From NCBI GenBank assembly GCA_018433595.1, contig JAHDQY010000014.1, forward strand, positions 2,793 through 66,792: a DNA stretch of 64,000 nt, given 5' to 3'. The first letter of the stretch is position 1. The number at the start of each line of letters is the position of its first letter. Under the pieces are notes generated by a model. It did not search any database, was not told the DNA's origin, and saw only the letters and a list, made by a program, of their open reading frames with translations. Both the position numbers and the translations under genes were made by a program. The DNA is from Synergistales bacterium (GTDB taxonomy: Bacteria > Synergistota > Synergistia > Synergistales > Aminithiophilaceae). Below are positions 33,291 through 42,224 of the stretch, one piece after another.

Positions 33291-34288
33291 TGCTGCATCT
33301 CATCAGTCATACCGACCTGGACGGAGTGACGGCTGCGGCCGTGGCATGGCATGCTCATTTCCCTGAAAAGGCTCCTCTGAAAGTCACCCTGACCGGCTAC
33401 GGCGAGGTGGACGCCCTCATCCTGGAGACGCTGAGGGACGGCCAGGATCTGCTTGTCGTCGACCTCTTCTGTCAGAGGCGTGAAACGGTCGACGAGATGG
33501 ACCGGTTCTACGAGGGGTGCTCCGAGCCGGTCCTTTTCGACCATCACAAGACGACGGCCGACGTCTTCGCCAACCGGCGCTGGGCCGTCGTCGACGTGGC
33601 CCATTGCGCCGCCAAGGTCTATTATCTCTGGCTCCTGGAGCGGACCCCCGCAGGCCCCGTCCGGGACCGCCTCCTCGGCCTGGAGCGTCTCGTCGAGATC
33701 GCCAACGACCGCGATCTCTGGCTGGGCCGGTACGAGGAGAGCCGCTACTGGCAGGCCCTGATCACTCTCTGCGGGCCCTGGAGCGTCTTCAGCCGTCTTG
33801 TGGCCGACAGCCGGGCCGATCTCTCGGTCCGGGAGCTGAAGATGGCCAGAGACTTCGTCGCCCGTCAGGAGGAGCGCTTCCGCAAGGCCCTGGAGCAGGT
33901 GGAGCGTCTCGGTGACGATCTGGCTTTTGTCCCTTCAGGACTCCTCGAGTTCGGTGACGCCTCCGACTTCTGCGGTCTTATCCTTGACCGGTCGGAAAAC
34001 CCGCCCGAGATGGTGGCCGTCTGCAACCGTCGCGTCTACGGCGACTGGGCCGTCTCGCTCCGGAGCCGTGACGGGCTGGCGGCCCGCATCGTCGGCCTCC
34101 TCAAGGACGGAAAAAAAGTCCGCGGCGGCGGACACGGAGATGCCGCGGCCCTCTATTTTCCCGCCCATTTCAGCCAGAATCAGATCCGGGATACCCTGAT
34201 GTCGGGGATCCGCACGGCCCGCGACCAGGAACGCCCTGTCGGCCTGACCCTGGGCGATCTCCTCAAGGCCAAGCTGGAGGGCAAGTAG
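33281..34288 (+). CDS. DHH-family phosphoesterase (NrnA-like)
   Basis: 335 aa. 'ISHTDLDGVTAAA' (motif I), 'VVDL', 'FDHHKT' (DHH motif) and 'GGGHGDAA' (DHHA1 GGGH). The start is the GTG at 33281 or the ATG at 33290. Confidence 0.65.
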   Translation: MDRMLHLISHTDLDGVTAAAVAWHAHFPEKAPLKVTLTGYGEVDALILETLRDGQDLLVVDLFCQRRETVDEMDRFYEGCSEPVLFDHHKTTADVFANRRWAVVDVAHCAAKVYYLWLLERTPAGPVRDRLLGLERLVEIANDRDLWLGRYEESRYWQALITLCGPWSVFSRLVADSRADLSVRELKMARDFVARQEERFRKALEQVERLGDDLAFVPSGLLEFGDASDFCGLILDRSENPPEMVAVCNRRVYGDWAVSLRSRDGLAARIVGLLKDGKKVRGGGHGDAAALYFPAHFSQNQIRDTLMSGIRTARDQERPVGLTLGDLLKAKLEGK

Positions 34289-34309
34289 AGGAAAAGAGGC
34301 CGACCGGCG

Positions 34310-35338
34310 ATGAAGGAGCTCGTCAGTTTTTCCGCCTACCCCTTCGATCTGGAGCCCTTCGGCGACTGGCCGAGCGCTCTGGTCCACTGGCGCTCCCTGG
34401 GTCTGGACGGCCTGGAGCTGCTCACCTCCTTCGACGGCGTCGACGGCGTTCCCCCTGAAGCGGCGACGGCCGTCCATCTCCCCTACTGGATGGACTGGTT
34501 CCATCTCTGGCAGGGCCGTCCCCTGCCGGAAGATCTTGGCGGCGAAGAGCCTCTCTTCTACTTCGGCGGCTCCAGCCGGGAGGAGCTCGTCGCCAACCTC
34601 GCCCGCTACCTGGAAGACGCGGCGTCGCTGCGACCCGAGTACGCCGTCTTCCACCTGGCCAACGCCGGCGCCGACGACATCCTCACCAACCGTCCGGCCA
34701 ACGAGGCCGGCTCCGTCCTCAGGGCGCTCGTCGAGCTCCTGACGGAGGCCTGCTCCCCCTTCGGAGGCGGGCCTCCGGTGCGCCTTTTTTTCGAAAACCT
34801 CTGGTGGCCGGGGCTGACCTTTCTCGATTCCGGCCTCATCGACTCCTTCGCCGAGGCCCTCCCCTTCGATGACTGGGCCTTCCTCCTCGACGTCGGCCAT
34901 CTTCTGAACACGACCGATGCCGTCGCTACCGAAGAGGAGGCCGTCAGCTACGTCCTGGACCGCCTCGACGCCCTGCCCGGGTGGGTCGTCGACCGCATCG
35001 AGGGGATGCACCTTCACAAAAGCCTTTCGGGGCCTCTGAGGCGGAGCGTCGGGTTTTTCTCCGAAGGCCCCCCCGGGGGGCTCTCTCTCGGCGCAAGGGC
35101 GGACCGTGCCCGACGGATGCTCTCCCGTATCGATGAGCACCGCCCCTTTGAAACCTCGGCGGTCCGGGATCTCGTCGAAAGGGTCGAGCCCCGTTTCATC
35201 ACCCATGAACTGAGCGCTCCGACGGTGGCGGCCAAAAGTGTTGCCGTCGCCGTCCAGCGTCGTGCCCTCGGTTTCTGCGGGGAGACCTTCTGCGGCTTTT
35301 CTCCTCATCATCTTCAGGAAGGGGTTCGACAGCAATGA
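34310..35338 (+). CDS. xylose-isomerase-like TIM-barrel (AP_endonuc_2) family protein
   Basis: 342 aa. 'GLDGLEL', 'VRLFFENL', 'FLLDVGHLL' and 'IEGMHLHKS' fit the sugar-phosphate isomerase/epimerase barrel metal-ligand pattern. Confidence 0.45.
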   Translation: MKELVSFSAYPFDLEPFGDWPSALVHWRSLGLDGLELLTSFDGVDGVPPEAATAVHLPYWMDWFHLWQGRPLPEDLGGEEPLFYFGGSSREELVANLARYLEDAASLRPEYAVFHLANAGADDILTNRPANEAGSVLRALVELLTEACSPFGGGPPVRLFFENLWWPGLTFLDSGLIDSFAEALPFDDWAFLLDVGHLLNTTDAVATEEEAVSYVLDRLDALPGWVVDRIEGMHLHKSLSGPLRRSVGFFSEGPPGGLSLGARADRARRMLSRIDEHRPFETSAVRDLVERVEPRFITHELSAPTVAAKSVAVAVQRRALGFCGETFCGFSPHHLQEGVRQQ

Positions 35339-36456
35339 AAAACAGGCGTATCGCCCTGCTCTACGCTTCGGCGGGGACGGGGCACAAGACGGCGGCACTG
35401 GCCCTGTCCCGGTGGTTCGAAAAGGAGTCCCCCGGCTGCGAGACGCTCTGCCTCGATACGCTGGACTTCACCAATGCCCTTGTCCGCGGCTTCTATGCCC
35501 GCTCCTACCTGGAGATGGTCCGGAGGGCGCCCCGTCTCTGGGGCTACTTCTACGATACGTTTGACGAACCTGAGGCCGCCGACGGCATCGTGGCCGCCCT
35601 CAACGAACTGACGGAGAGGCTTCACCTGAACCGCCTCATCGAGCGCCTCGAGGCCTTTGCTCCCGACGCCCTTCTCTTCACCCACTTTTTCGGCGCCGCA
35701 GCCGTCGCCGAGCAGCTCCAGCCTCATCGGCCCGTCTTCTACGTCAACACCGATTTCCTGAGCCACGTCTTTCACCGCAGCCGCCGCTTCACCGGGTGGT
35801 TCGTGGCGAGCGAGGAGACGCGCCTCCAGTACGAGGCCGACGGCATCGACATGGCCCGCGTCGTCGTCTCGGGCATTCCCGTTTCGCCGCGCTATCTCTC
35901 CCTTCCGTCGAAGGAGGAGGCCCGCCGGAATCTGGGTCTGTCCGGGAAAGACCCCGTCATCCTCGTCATGGGCGGCGGCATCGGTGTCGGGCCCTTCGAG
36001 GAGGTTGTCGCCTCCCTCGTCGGCGACGAGAGGCTCACCGTCCTCGCCGTCTGCGGCAACAACAAAAAGATCAAGGCAAGGCTGGAGGAGACCTTCGACG
36101 GGGCCGAGAACCTGAAGATCTTCGGTTTCGTCGACGCCATCGAAAACCATTACGTCGCCTCCGATCTCATCTTCACCAAACCCGGCGGCCTCTCGACGTC
36201 GGAGATCCTCTGCTCGGGGACGCCCATGATCATTGTCGATCCCATCCCGGGGCAGGAGCAGCGCAACAGCGACTACCTCCTCGACAGGGGGGCGGCGAGA
36301 ATCCTTTTCGACTACCGCTCGGCCCGAGCCAAGGCGAAGGCCCTCCTCGCCGACGAAGAGGCCCTCAGGAAACGGGAGCGGGACGCTGCCGCCCTGGCCC
36401 GACCCGAGGCGGGGAGGACGGTGGTCCGGGAGATCCTCTCCCGCATCGGATCGTGA
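35335..36456 (+). CDS. diacylglycerol glycosyltransferase (MGDG-synthase / UgtP-like, GT28)
   Basis: 373 aa. 'IALLYASAGTGHKTAALAL' N-terminal MGDG_synth motif and C-terminal 'TKPGGLSTSEILCSGTPMIIVDPIPGQEQRNSDYL'. Confidence 0.7.
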   Translation: MKNRRIALLYASAGTGHKTAALALSRWFEKESPGCETLCLDTLDFTNALVRGFYARSYLEMVRRAPRLWGYFYDTFDEPEAADGIVAALNELTERLHLNRLIERLEAFAPDALLFTHFFGAAAVAEQLQPHRPVFYVNTDFLSHVFHRSRRFTGWFVASEETRLQYEADGIDMARVVVSGIPVSPRYLSLPSKEEARRNLGLSGKDPVILVMGGGIGVGPFEEVVASLVGDERLTVLAVCGNNKKIKARLEETFDGAENLKIFGFVDAIENHYVASDLIFTKPGGLSTSEILCSGTPMIIVDPIPGQEQRNSDYLLDRGAARILFDYRSARAKAKALLADEEALRKRERDAAALARPEAGRTVVREILSRIGS

Positions 36457-36507
36457 GGCCGGGCCTCGGGAGGGCGAAAAGACCTTAGAGAAGAAACGGG
36501 ACAGCCC

Positions 36508-36536
36508 TTGACTTGCCGGGGCGCTGCACCTATCTT
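36508..36536 (+). promoter_or_regulatory. sigma70-like promoter TTGACT-17-TATCTT
   Basis: The -35 is at 36508-36513 and the -10 at 36531-36536, directly upstream of the riboswitch. Confidence 0.5.
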
Positions 36537-36549
36537 GATTTTGCGGCGG

Positions 36550-36770
36550 TCGGCAGATCGGACCGTCGGGTCAATCCATTAAGAGGGATCTTTCGGGAAG
36601 CCGGTGCGAAGCCGGCACAGCCCCGCTACGGTAAGGGTGACGAAGCGCGCGCAAGACCACTGACTTTCACAGAGTCGGGAAGGTGCCCGCCGAGGATGAC
36701 CCCGAGTCCGGATACCGAATTCCCTCGGACGGCGTTTCCCTCGAGGGTCGGGGAGGCGGCGGGAGTTGTG
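36550..36770 (+). promoter_or_regulatory. cobalamin (B12) riboswitch
   Basis: 'GGGAAGCCGGTGCGAAGCCGGCACAGCCCCGCTACGGTAAGG' matches the conserved core (GGGAA..GGTG..A..CC..C..CCCGC.AC.GTAA). 'AAGACCACTGAC....GGGAAGGTGCC' is the B12-box region and 'GAGTCCGGATACC' is the 3' conserved element. Confidence 0.85.
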
Positions 36771-36773
36771 TTC

Positions 36774-36798
36774 AGGGCCCCTTGGGGGTCCTTTTTTT
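36774..36798 (+). terminator. riboswitch expression-platform terminator
   Basis: AGGGCCC-(loop)-GGGUCCU stem followed by U7, 40 nt upstream of the first regulated ATG. Confidence 0.65.
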
Positions 36799-36838
36799 GT
36801 GGGCATCAGAGATTCGAAAAACCGAGGAGGAATGGGAA

Positions 36839-38110
36839 ATGATGCAACGGATAGGAAAAAAACGCTTGACCGGCGCGCTTCTTCTGGGGCTCCTGCTGGC
36901 TGCCGGCGCCGCCTGGGCTGCCCTGACCGACGCCGACATCGTCTTTCTGACCGTCGACGACAGCTACACGGCCGGAGCTCTCGGGACGATCGAGGTCGGC
37001 AATCCCCCCACCAAGAACCTGGTCACGGGGCTGGCCGGTGACGAGATGGGGGTCGTCGTCGATATCTGGGGCCAGAAGAAGATCCTTTTGAGACGCTACC
37101 ACTTTGGCTCCACTTCCGATACGGTCCGCCTCTACCCCGGAGAGAGTTGGTCGCCCATCGCCGAAAGCAAGCTCGGTGACAATATCTGTCAGGTCAAGGT
37201 CGTCGGCGACGGTCTCTACGTCGCCAACTGGGGCGACACGGGGCTCCGCCGCGGGTCGATCGAGCAGTACGACGTGCAGGACCTTCTCGACAGCGCCGCC
37301 TCCATGACGCCCGTCAAGAAGGTCACCTTCGACGACGGCGACGACTTCTTCGAGCATGTCAAGGATTTCCGCGTCGTCGGCAACTATCTCTACGCCGTCG
37401 TGGCCGACGTCAAGGGGTCGTGGCCTCCGGTCTACGACAAGAGCCGGCTCTACAAGGTCTCCCTCTCCGACATGACCGTCGCGGACAGCCTTGAGGTCGC
37501 CAAGAATCCCGGAGGCTCCGTCAACAAGGCCGTCCTGGCCGAGCACGGCAGCGCCCTCTACGTCGCCTGTTTCGGCGGCGCCTACGGAGAGGTCCTCACT
37601 TCCTCCCTGGTGAAGGTCGACCTGGCGACGTTCAAGGCGACGGTCCTCGACGGCGGATCGGCCCTTCCCGCAGGCTACGGCTACTCGGGAATCGCCGTTG
37701 CTCCCGACGGATCGGTCCTCATCAACGCCGCCTCGACGAACTGGGAGGAGCCGACGAAGCTCTTCCGCTCCACCGTCGCCGATCTGGAAGCCTCGACGCC
37801 GAAGCTGACGGCGCTGGATGTCTCCGACGTCGGCTTCGGAGGCACTCTCTTCTTTGACGCGGCCACGGACCGGTTCTGGGTCGAGGGGAGCAAGGTCATC
37901 GTCGCCGTCGGCAGGGACGGCGCGGTCCTGAGGACCTACACCGCCACGGACCTGGGCGGCAACCCCTATGACGTTCTCTCCGCCGCGGGCCTGAGCTTCT
38001 CCGGCGAGGTCCTTCCTCCCGGCGGCGGCTCGGGAGGCTGCGCCCTCGGATTCGCTCCGGCCGGGCTGCTTTTGGTGCTCCCCCTGCTGATCCTTGTCGG
38101 CAGGCGCTGA
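36839..38110 (+). CDS. B12-riboswitch-controlled secreted, C-terminally anchored beta-rich protein of unknown family
   Basis: 423 aa. GAGGAGG RBS and signal peptide 'LLLGLLLAAGAAWA'. Recurrent motifs are DGLYVANWGD, NYLYAVVADVKG, SALYVACFGG and GTLFFDAATDRFWV. The C-terminus is 'PPGGGSGGCALGFAPAGLLLVLPLLILVGRR'. Confidence 0.6.
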   Translation: MMQRIGKKRLTGALLLGLLLAAGAAWAALTDADIVFLTVDDSYTAGALGTIEVGNPPTKNLVTGLAGDEMGVVVDIWGQKKILLRRYHFGSTSDTVRLYPGESWSPIAESKLGDNICQVKVVGDGLYVANWGDTGLRRGSIEQYDVQDLLDSAASMTPVKKVTFDDGDDFFEHVKDFRVVGNYLYAVVADVKGSWPPVYDKSRLYKVSLSDMTVADSLEVAKNPGGSVNKAVLAEHGSALYVACFGGAYGEVLTSSLVKVDLATFKATVLDGGSALPAGYGYSGIAVAPDGSVLINAASTNWEEPTKLFRSTVADLEASTPKLTALDVSDVGFGGTLFFDAATDRFWVEGSKVIVAVGRDGAVLRTYTATDLGGNPYDVLSAAGLSFSGEVLPPGGGSGGCALGFAPAGLLLVLPLLILVGRR

Positions 38111-38216
38111 GGCCGCCCGCTTAAGCGCGGCTCTTCCTGAAGCTCGACGGGCCGGGACGGCGATTCAGCCGCCCCGGCTCGTTCCCGAAAAAACGCCTGA
38201 GAGGATGTCACGGAGC

Positions 38217-40187
38217 ATGAAGAGGTTGATGGTATTTCTGGCGGCCCTCGCCGCCGCCGTCTGCGGCCCCCTGGGGGCTCCCCTGGAGGCCGTGACGGAG
38301 CTTCCCGCCGTTCTCGTCACGGCGGGCGCTCTCGGTGAGGAGGATCAGGAGCTTTCGCCCGGCGCCGTGGCGGTCATCCGCCCTGAAGAGGTGCAGGGCG
38401 AGTTCAAGACCCTTCCCGAACTGCTCGATCAGTCCGTGGGGGTCCACGTCATCCGCACCCAGGGACGGGGCGGCTACACGGTGGCCTCCGTCCGGGGCAG
38501 CACCTCGGCCCAGGTTGCCGTCTACGTCGACGGCACGCTGGCCAATCTCGAGAGCGAAGCCGCCGTCGATCTTTCGACGATCCCCGTCGAGAACGTCGAG
38601 CGCATCGAAGTCTACCGGGGCCACGTGCCGGCCGCCTTCGGCGTCTCCGGCATGGGGGCCGTCATCAACATCGTCACCGTGGCGCCGCGGAAGGCCGAAA
38701 GCTCCCTTCTCGTCGGCCTGGGAGACTACGGGGAGTACCGCTCGGCCCTGCGCCACGCTGCTCCCCTTCTCGGCGGAGATTTTCTTTTCACCGCCGAATT
38801 TTCCGGGAGCGACGGCGATTTCTCCTATCTCAACGACAACGGCACCCCCTACAACACCAACGACGACTATGAGGCCACTCGGCTCAACAACGGCTGGGAG
38901 GGGCGGAACGTCCTCCTCAAATGGAGCCGCGACGCCTGGGCGGCCCGCCTCTCCTGGGAGGATCGGACGCGGGATCTTCCCCTTCAGGCCCCGGGCAACG
39001 ACAAGCCGGCACTCCAGAAGCCCGGCACCCGCCTGGAGACGGAAAAATGGGACGTCGCGCTGGGGCGGAGCTTCCGCGTCGGCGACGTCGACATGAGCCT
39101 TCAGGTCGGCCATCTGGAGCAGGACAAGGAGTTCTTCAACCCCCACAACTACCTGGGCCAGTACGGCGATTACCACAACCGCTACAGATCGGACCGTGAT
39201 TTTCTCTCTCTCTCGGCCTCTCTTCCGGTGGGCCTCAGCCACTACCTGGAGTTCTTCGGTAACGTCTCCCGCGAGGAGCTTCGCGTCGAGGGGGACGTCA
39301 CGGCCAAGCTGGGCGGTCAGAGCCGCTACAGCCGGGACAAGATCGACCTCTCCCTTCAGGATTCGATCACCGTCGGGGCCTCGGGAAACCTTCTGCTTGT
39401 CCCCACCCTTCGATGGAACGACGTCGACGGCGAAGACCATCTCTCCTGGTCGCTCGGTGCCGACTGGCTTTTCGCCCCCTCCTGGCGCCTCAAGGCCTCC
39501 TACGGGCGTTACCACAGGGCCCCCAACCTCTACGAACTCTACGGCGACAGCGCCATGATCCTTCCCAGCCCGAACCTCTCCTGGGAAGAGGGGAGCCAGT
39601 GGGACTTCGGCCTTCACTGGCAGGGAAACTGGAACCGTGTCGAGACCCGCGTCGGCCTCACCTACTTCCGCTCCGAAATGGACGATCTGATCGAATTCGT
39701 CATGATCAATCCCCGTTACGGTCAGTACCGCAACATCAGTAGAGCCGAGATCGACGGCGTCGAGCTGGAGACCCGCTTCATCCGGGCCCCCTGGGACCTG
39801 ACCCTCTCCTACACCTGGATGAAGGCCCTGAACAGGACTCCGGAGAGCTTCCGCAACGACATGAGGCTGCCCAACCGCCCCGAAAACGCCGCCCACGCCC
39901 GATTGGCCTATGACTACTCCGAAAGGCTGACCCTCTACGGCGAGGTCGATTACACGGGAGACAACTTCCTGGATCAGCGGGAGACCATCCGGTACAGCGA
40001 CCTCACCGTCGTCAACGCCGGCCTCCGCTGGGATCTGGACGACGACAAGGTCCTGACCGTCGGCGTCGACGACGTCTTCGACAAGTCGAAGGAGATGACC
40101 CTCGTGCCCACGTCGGGGGCCGAAGGCCTGGCCTGGTACCCTCTCCAGGGACGGACGTGGCACGTGAGCCTGCTCTGGAAATTCTGA
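38217..40187 (+). CDS. TonB-dependent receptor (BtuB-like by context)
   Basis: 656 aa with a signal peptide. TonB box 'ELPAVLVTAG', plug 'VRGSTSAQVAVYVDG...ERIEVYRG', and a beta-barrel ending 'WHVSLLWKF'. The start is the ATG at 38217 or 38205. Confidence 0.85.
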   Translation: MKRLMVFLAALAAAVCGPLGAPLEAVTELPAVLVTAGALGEEDQELSPGAVAVIRPEEVQGEFKTLPELLDQSVGVHVIRTQGRGGYTVASVRGSTSAQVAVYVDGTLANLESEAAVDLSTIPVENVERIEVYRGHVPAAFGVSGMGAVINIVTVAPRKAESSLLVGLGDYGEYRSALRHAAPLLGGDFLFTAEFSGSDGDFSYLNDNGTPYNTNDDYEATRLNNGWEGRNVLLKWSRDAWAARLSWEDRTRDLPLQAPGNDKPALQKPGTRLETEKWDVALGRSFRVGDVDMSLQVGHLEQDKEFFNPHNYLGQYGDYHNRYRSDRDFLSLSASLPVGLSHYLEFFGNVSREELRVEGDVTAKLGGQSRYSRDKIDLSLQDSITVGASGNLLLVPTLRWNDVDGEDHLSWSLGADWLFAPSWRLKASYGRYHRAPNLYELYGDSAMILPSPNLSWEEGSQWDFGLHWQGNWNRVETRVGLTYFRSEMDDLIEFVMINPRYGQYRNISRAEIDGVELETRFIRAPWDLTLSYTWMKALNRTPESFRNDMRLPNRPENAAHARLAYDYSERLTLYGEVDYTGDNFLDQRETIRYSDLTVVNAGLRWDLDDDKVLTVGVDDVFDKSKEMTLVPTSGAEGLAWYPLQGRTWHVSLLWKF

Positions 40188-40214
40188 TCCGGCCCGCTCC
40201 ATAGCCTGTGGAAG

Positions 40215-40254
40215 AAGCCCTGTGCCGCCCATCTCCGGGCGGCACAGGGCTTTT
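40215..40254. terminator. bidirectional terminator between the receptor and the dehydrogenase operon
   Basis: 16-bp perfect stem AAGCCCTGTGCCGCCC-atctcc-GGGCGGCACAGGGCTT followed by TT. Confidence 0.7.
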
Positions 40255-40268
40255 GAACGAGGATGCCT

Positions 40269-41429
40269 TTAAACGACCATCAGGTCCTTGAACTTTTTCC
40301 CCTGGGCGTAGCGTCTCCAGTGAAAATCGGAAATGTCCAGATCCGACGATCCGCGGATGATCATCTGAGCGACGAGCTCGCCGGCGACGGCGCCGAACAT
40401 GAAGCCACGGCAGCCGGAGACGTTGAGCCAGAGACCCTTGATCTCGTCGGTCTCCCCGATGCAGGGCTGGAGATCGGGCGTGAGGTCGTACATGCCTGAC
40501 CACTGATGGGTGATGCCGATGTTTCTGGTCCGGGGGAGGACCTTCAACAGCACCTGGGCCGTTCGTTCAAGGAAGCCCCAGGAGTTTCCCATGACCTCGG
40601 GATCATGGTCGGCCTTGGTGTAGGCGTTCGGGCCGCATCCGGCGATGATCGTTCCGTTGGGGCGTTGCTGGATGTAGTAGTCTCCTACGAAGCTCATGAG
40701 CATGGTGGGACAGACGTCGAAGTCGACGGCTTCCGTGATGAGGGCTTCGTGGCGTTCTCCGACGACGGGGAAATCGATTCCGGCCATGTCGCCGATATGG
40801 CGGTTCCAGGCCCCGGCGGCGCTGACCACAACGGGGGCATCAATCTCGCCCCGGCTGGTCACCACACCTTTGATCCGCCCGCCGGCCACCTTCAGGCCGG
40901 TGACCTCCGTGAACTTCTGGAATTTGACGCCGAGGCGCTTGGCCGCCTCCTGGTGGGCGATATTGCAGAGGAAGGGATCGGCCTGGCCGTCCCGTTCGTA
41001 GTAGGAGAAGCCGAGAGCATCGTCGACGTTGATGCCGGGGCAGATCGCCCGGGCCTCGTCGTGATCGATCATCCGGGAGGGAACGCCCATGGAGTTTTGA
41101 AGAGCCACGCTCTCCCGGAAGATCTCGACCTCTTTTTCCGTGTAGCCGATCATGAGGTAGCCGTTCTGATAGAGGCCGATATCCATGCCGGTCTCTTCCT
41201 GCATGTGCTCGAACTTATCGATGCACCGCTTCCCCATTTCGATGTTGAGACGTGATCCCCACTGGGCCCGAAAGGCGGCCCCGCAACGTCCCGTCGCTCC
41301 GGAGGCGACGGTTTTCTTTTCCACGAGCACGACGTTTTTCATGCCGAGCTTGGCCAGATGGTAGGCCGTGCACGTGCCCATCATTCCGCCGCCGATCACG
41401 ACGGCGTCAGCGGTTTTCTGCCATTCCAT
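40269..41429 (-). CDS. FAD-dependent oxidoreductase, DAO family (sarcosine-oxidase-beta / HcnC / proline-dehydrogenase-beta-like)
   Basis: 386 aa. 'DAVVIGGGMMGTCTAYHLAKLG' dinucleotide fold and DAO-family length. Confidence 0.75.
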   Translation of the reverse strand: MEWQKTADAVVIGGGMMGTCTAYHLAKLGMKNVVLVEKKTVASGATGRCGAAFRAQWGSRLNIEMGKRCIDKFEHMQEETGMDIGLYQNGYLMIGYTEKEVEIFRESVALQNSMGVPSRMIDHDEARAICPGINVDDALGFSYYERDGQADPFLCNIAHQEAAKRLGVKFQKFTEVTGLKVAGGRIKGVVTSRGEIDAPVVVSAAGAWNRHIGDMAGIDFPVVGERHEALITEAVDFDVCPTMLMSFVGDYYIQQRPNGTIIAGCGPNAYTKADHDPEVMGNSWGFLERTAQVLLKVLPRTRNIGITHQWSGMYDLTPDLQPCIGETDEIKGLWLNVSGCRGFMFGAVAGELVAQMIIRGSSDLDISDFHWRRYAQGKKFKDLMVV

Positions 41430-41710
41430 TACCGGTCACCGCCTTTCGCCGCAACCTTGACCTTGATGGCCTTCACCGGGGGCCGGAAGGTTCCGCAGGG
41501 GATCTCGGCGATCGGGGTGCCCGTCCTGCGGGAGATCTCCCTGAGGATGATGTCCCGGCAGCCCCGTCCCTGACAGGGGCCCATCCCCACGCGAAGAACC
41601 CTCTTCAGCTCATCGAAGGTGTCGTAACCCTTGTCGATCCACTCCCGGATCTCCTCGAGTTCCACCTCTTCGCAACGGCAGACGACGATATTCTGAGGCT
41701 CTTCAGGCAT
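41429..41710 (-). CDS. BFD-like [2Fe-2S]-binding protein
   Basis: 93 aa. 'VVCRCEEVELEEI ... GMGPCQGRGC' is the C-x-C...C-x2-C BFD-like pattern. Its stop overlaps the next ATG by 1 nt (TAATG). Confidence 0.7.
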   Translation of the reverse strand: MPEEPQNIVVCRCEEVELEEIREWIDKGYDTFDELKRVLRVGMGPCQGRGCRDIILREISRRTGTPIAEIPCGTFRPPVKAIKVKVAAKGGDR

Positions 41711-41712
41711 AG

Positions 41713-42222
41713 CTACTTCACCACCCTGACGGCGCGGATATCCATGACCCGATCTCTGGGGACAACGACATGGACGACGCGGGTTTTATCTCTCAACGGT
41801 TCCGTGACGTGGAGAACCTTGCCCTTGGCGACGGCTTCGCCGACCCGATTCAGGCAATCCACGGAAGTTCCCTCGACGGGAACGGGGAGCATCTCGAAGG
41901 GAAGCTTCACGAGAGCCTCATCCGCCTCGCCGTAGGTGAGATCCACCACAAAACAGGCCAGCCCGGGGCACTGGGCCACGCACTTGGCGCAGCCGATGCA
42001 TTTTTCGTAGTCGATGGCGGGCGTATCGTTGATGTCCTTGAAGGGCCTGATCGCGCCGGTGGGGCAACTGGAGGCGCAGGGGTTGCAAGGGATCCTCTGG
42101 GGGCATTCGATGACGACGAGTCCGTTTTTCTTCTTTTCCCAGAGTTCCCGGGGAGGAAGCTCCGCACCGGGACAACGTTCCGTCAAGACTCCGCTGTTGA
42201 AAAGAAGCTCCTTTTCCGTCAT
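41713..42222 (-). CDS. 4Fe-4S ferredoxin-domain subunit
   Basis: 169 aa from the ATG at 42222 (GAGGAGG RBS). 'CPQRIPCNPCASSCP' and 'CIGCAKCVAQCP' are cluster motifs. The track ORF is over-extended. Confidence 0.7.
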   Translation of the reverse strand: MTEKELLFNSGVLTERCPGAELPPRELWEKKKNGLVVIECPQRIPCNPCASSCPTGAIRPFKDINDTPAIDYEKCIGCAKCVAQCPGLACFVVDLTYGEADEALVKLPFEMLPVPVEGTSVDCLNRVGEAVAKGKVLHVTEPLRDKTRVVHVVVPRDRVMDIRAVRVVK

Positions 42223-42224
42223 GG

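Noticed and set aside
38208-40232. 674-aa minus-strand ORF
   Set aside because: It is antisense to the TonB-dependent receptor, which has a TonB box, a plug and a terminal aromatic residue. There is no independent support for it.
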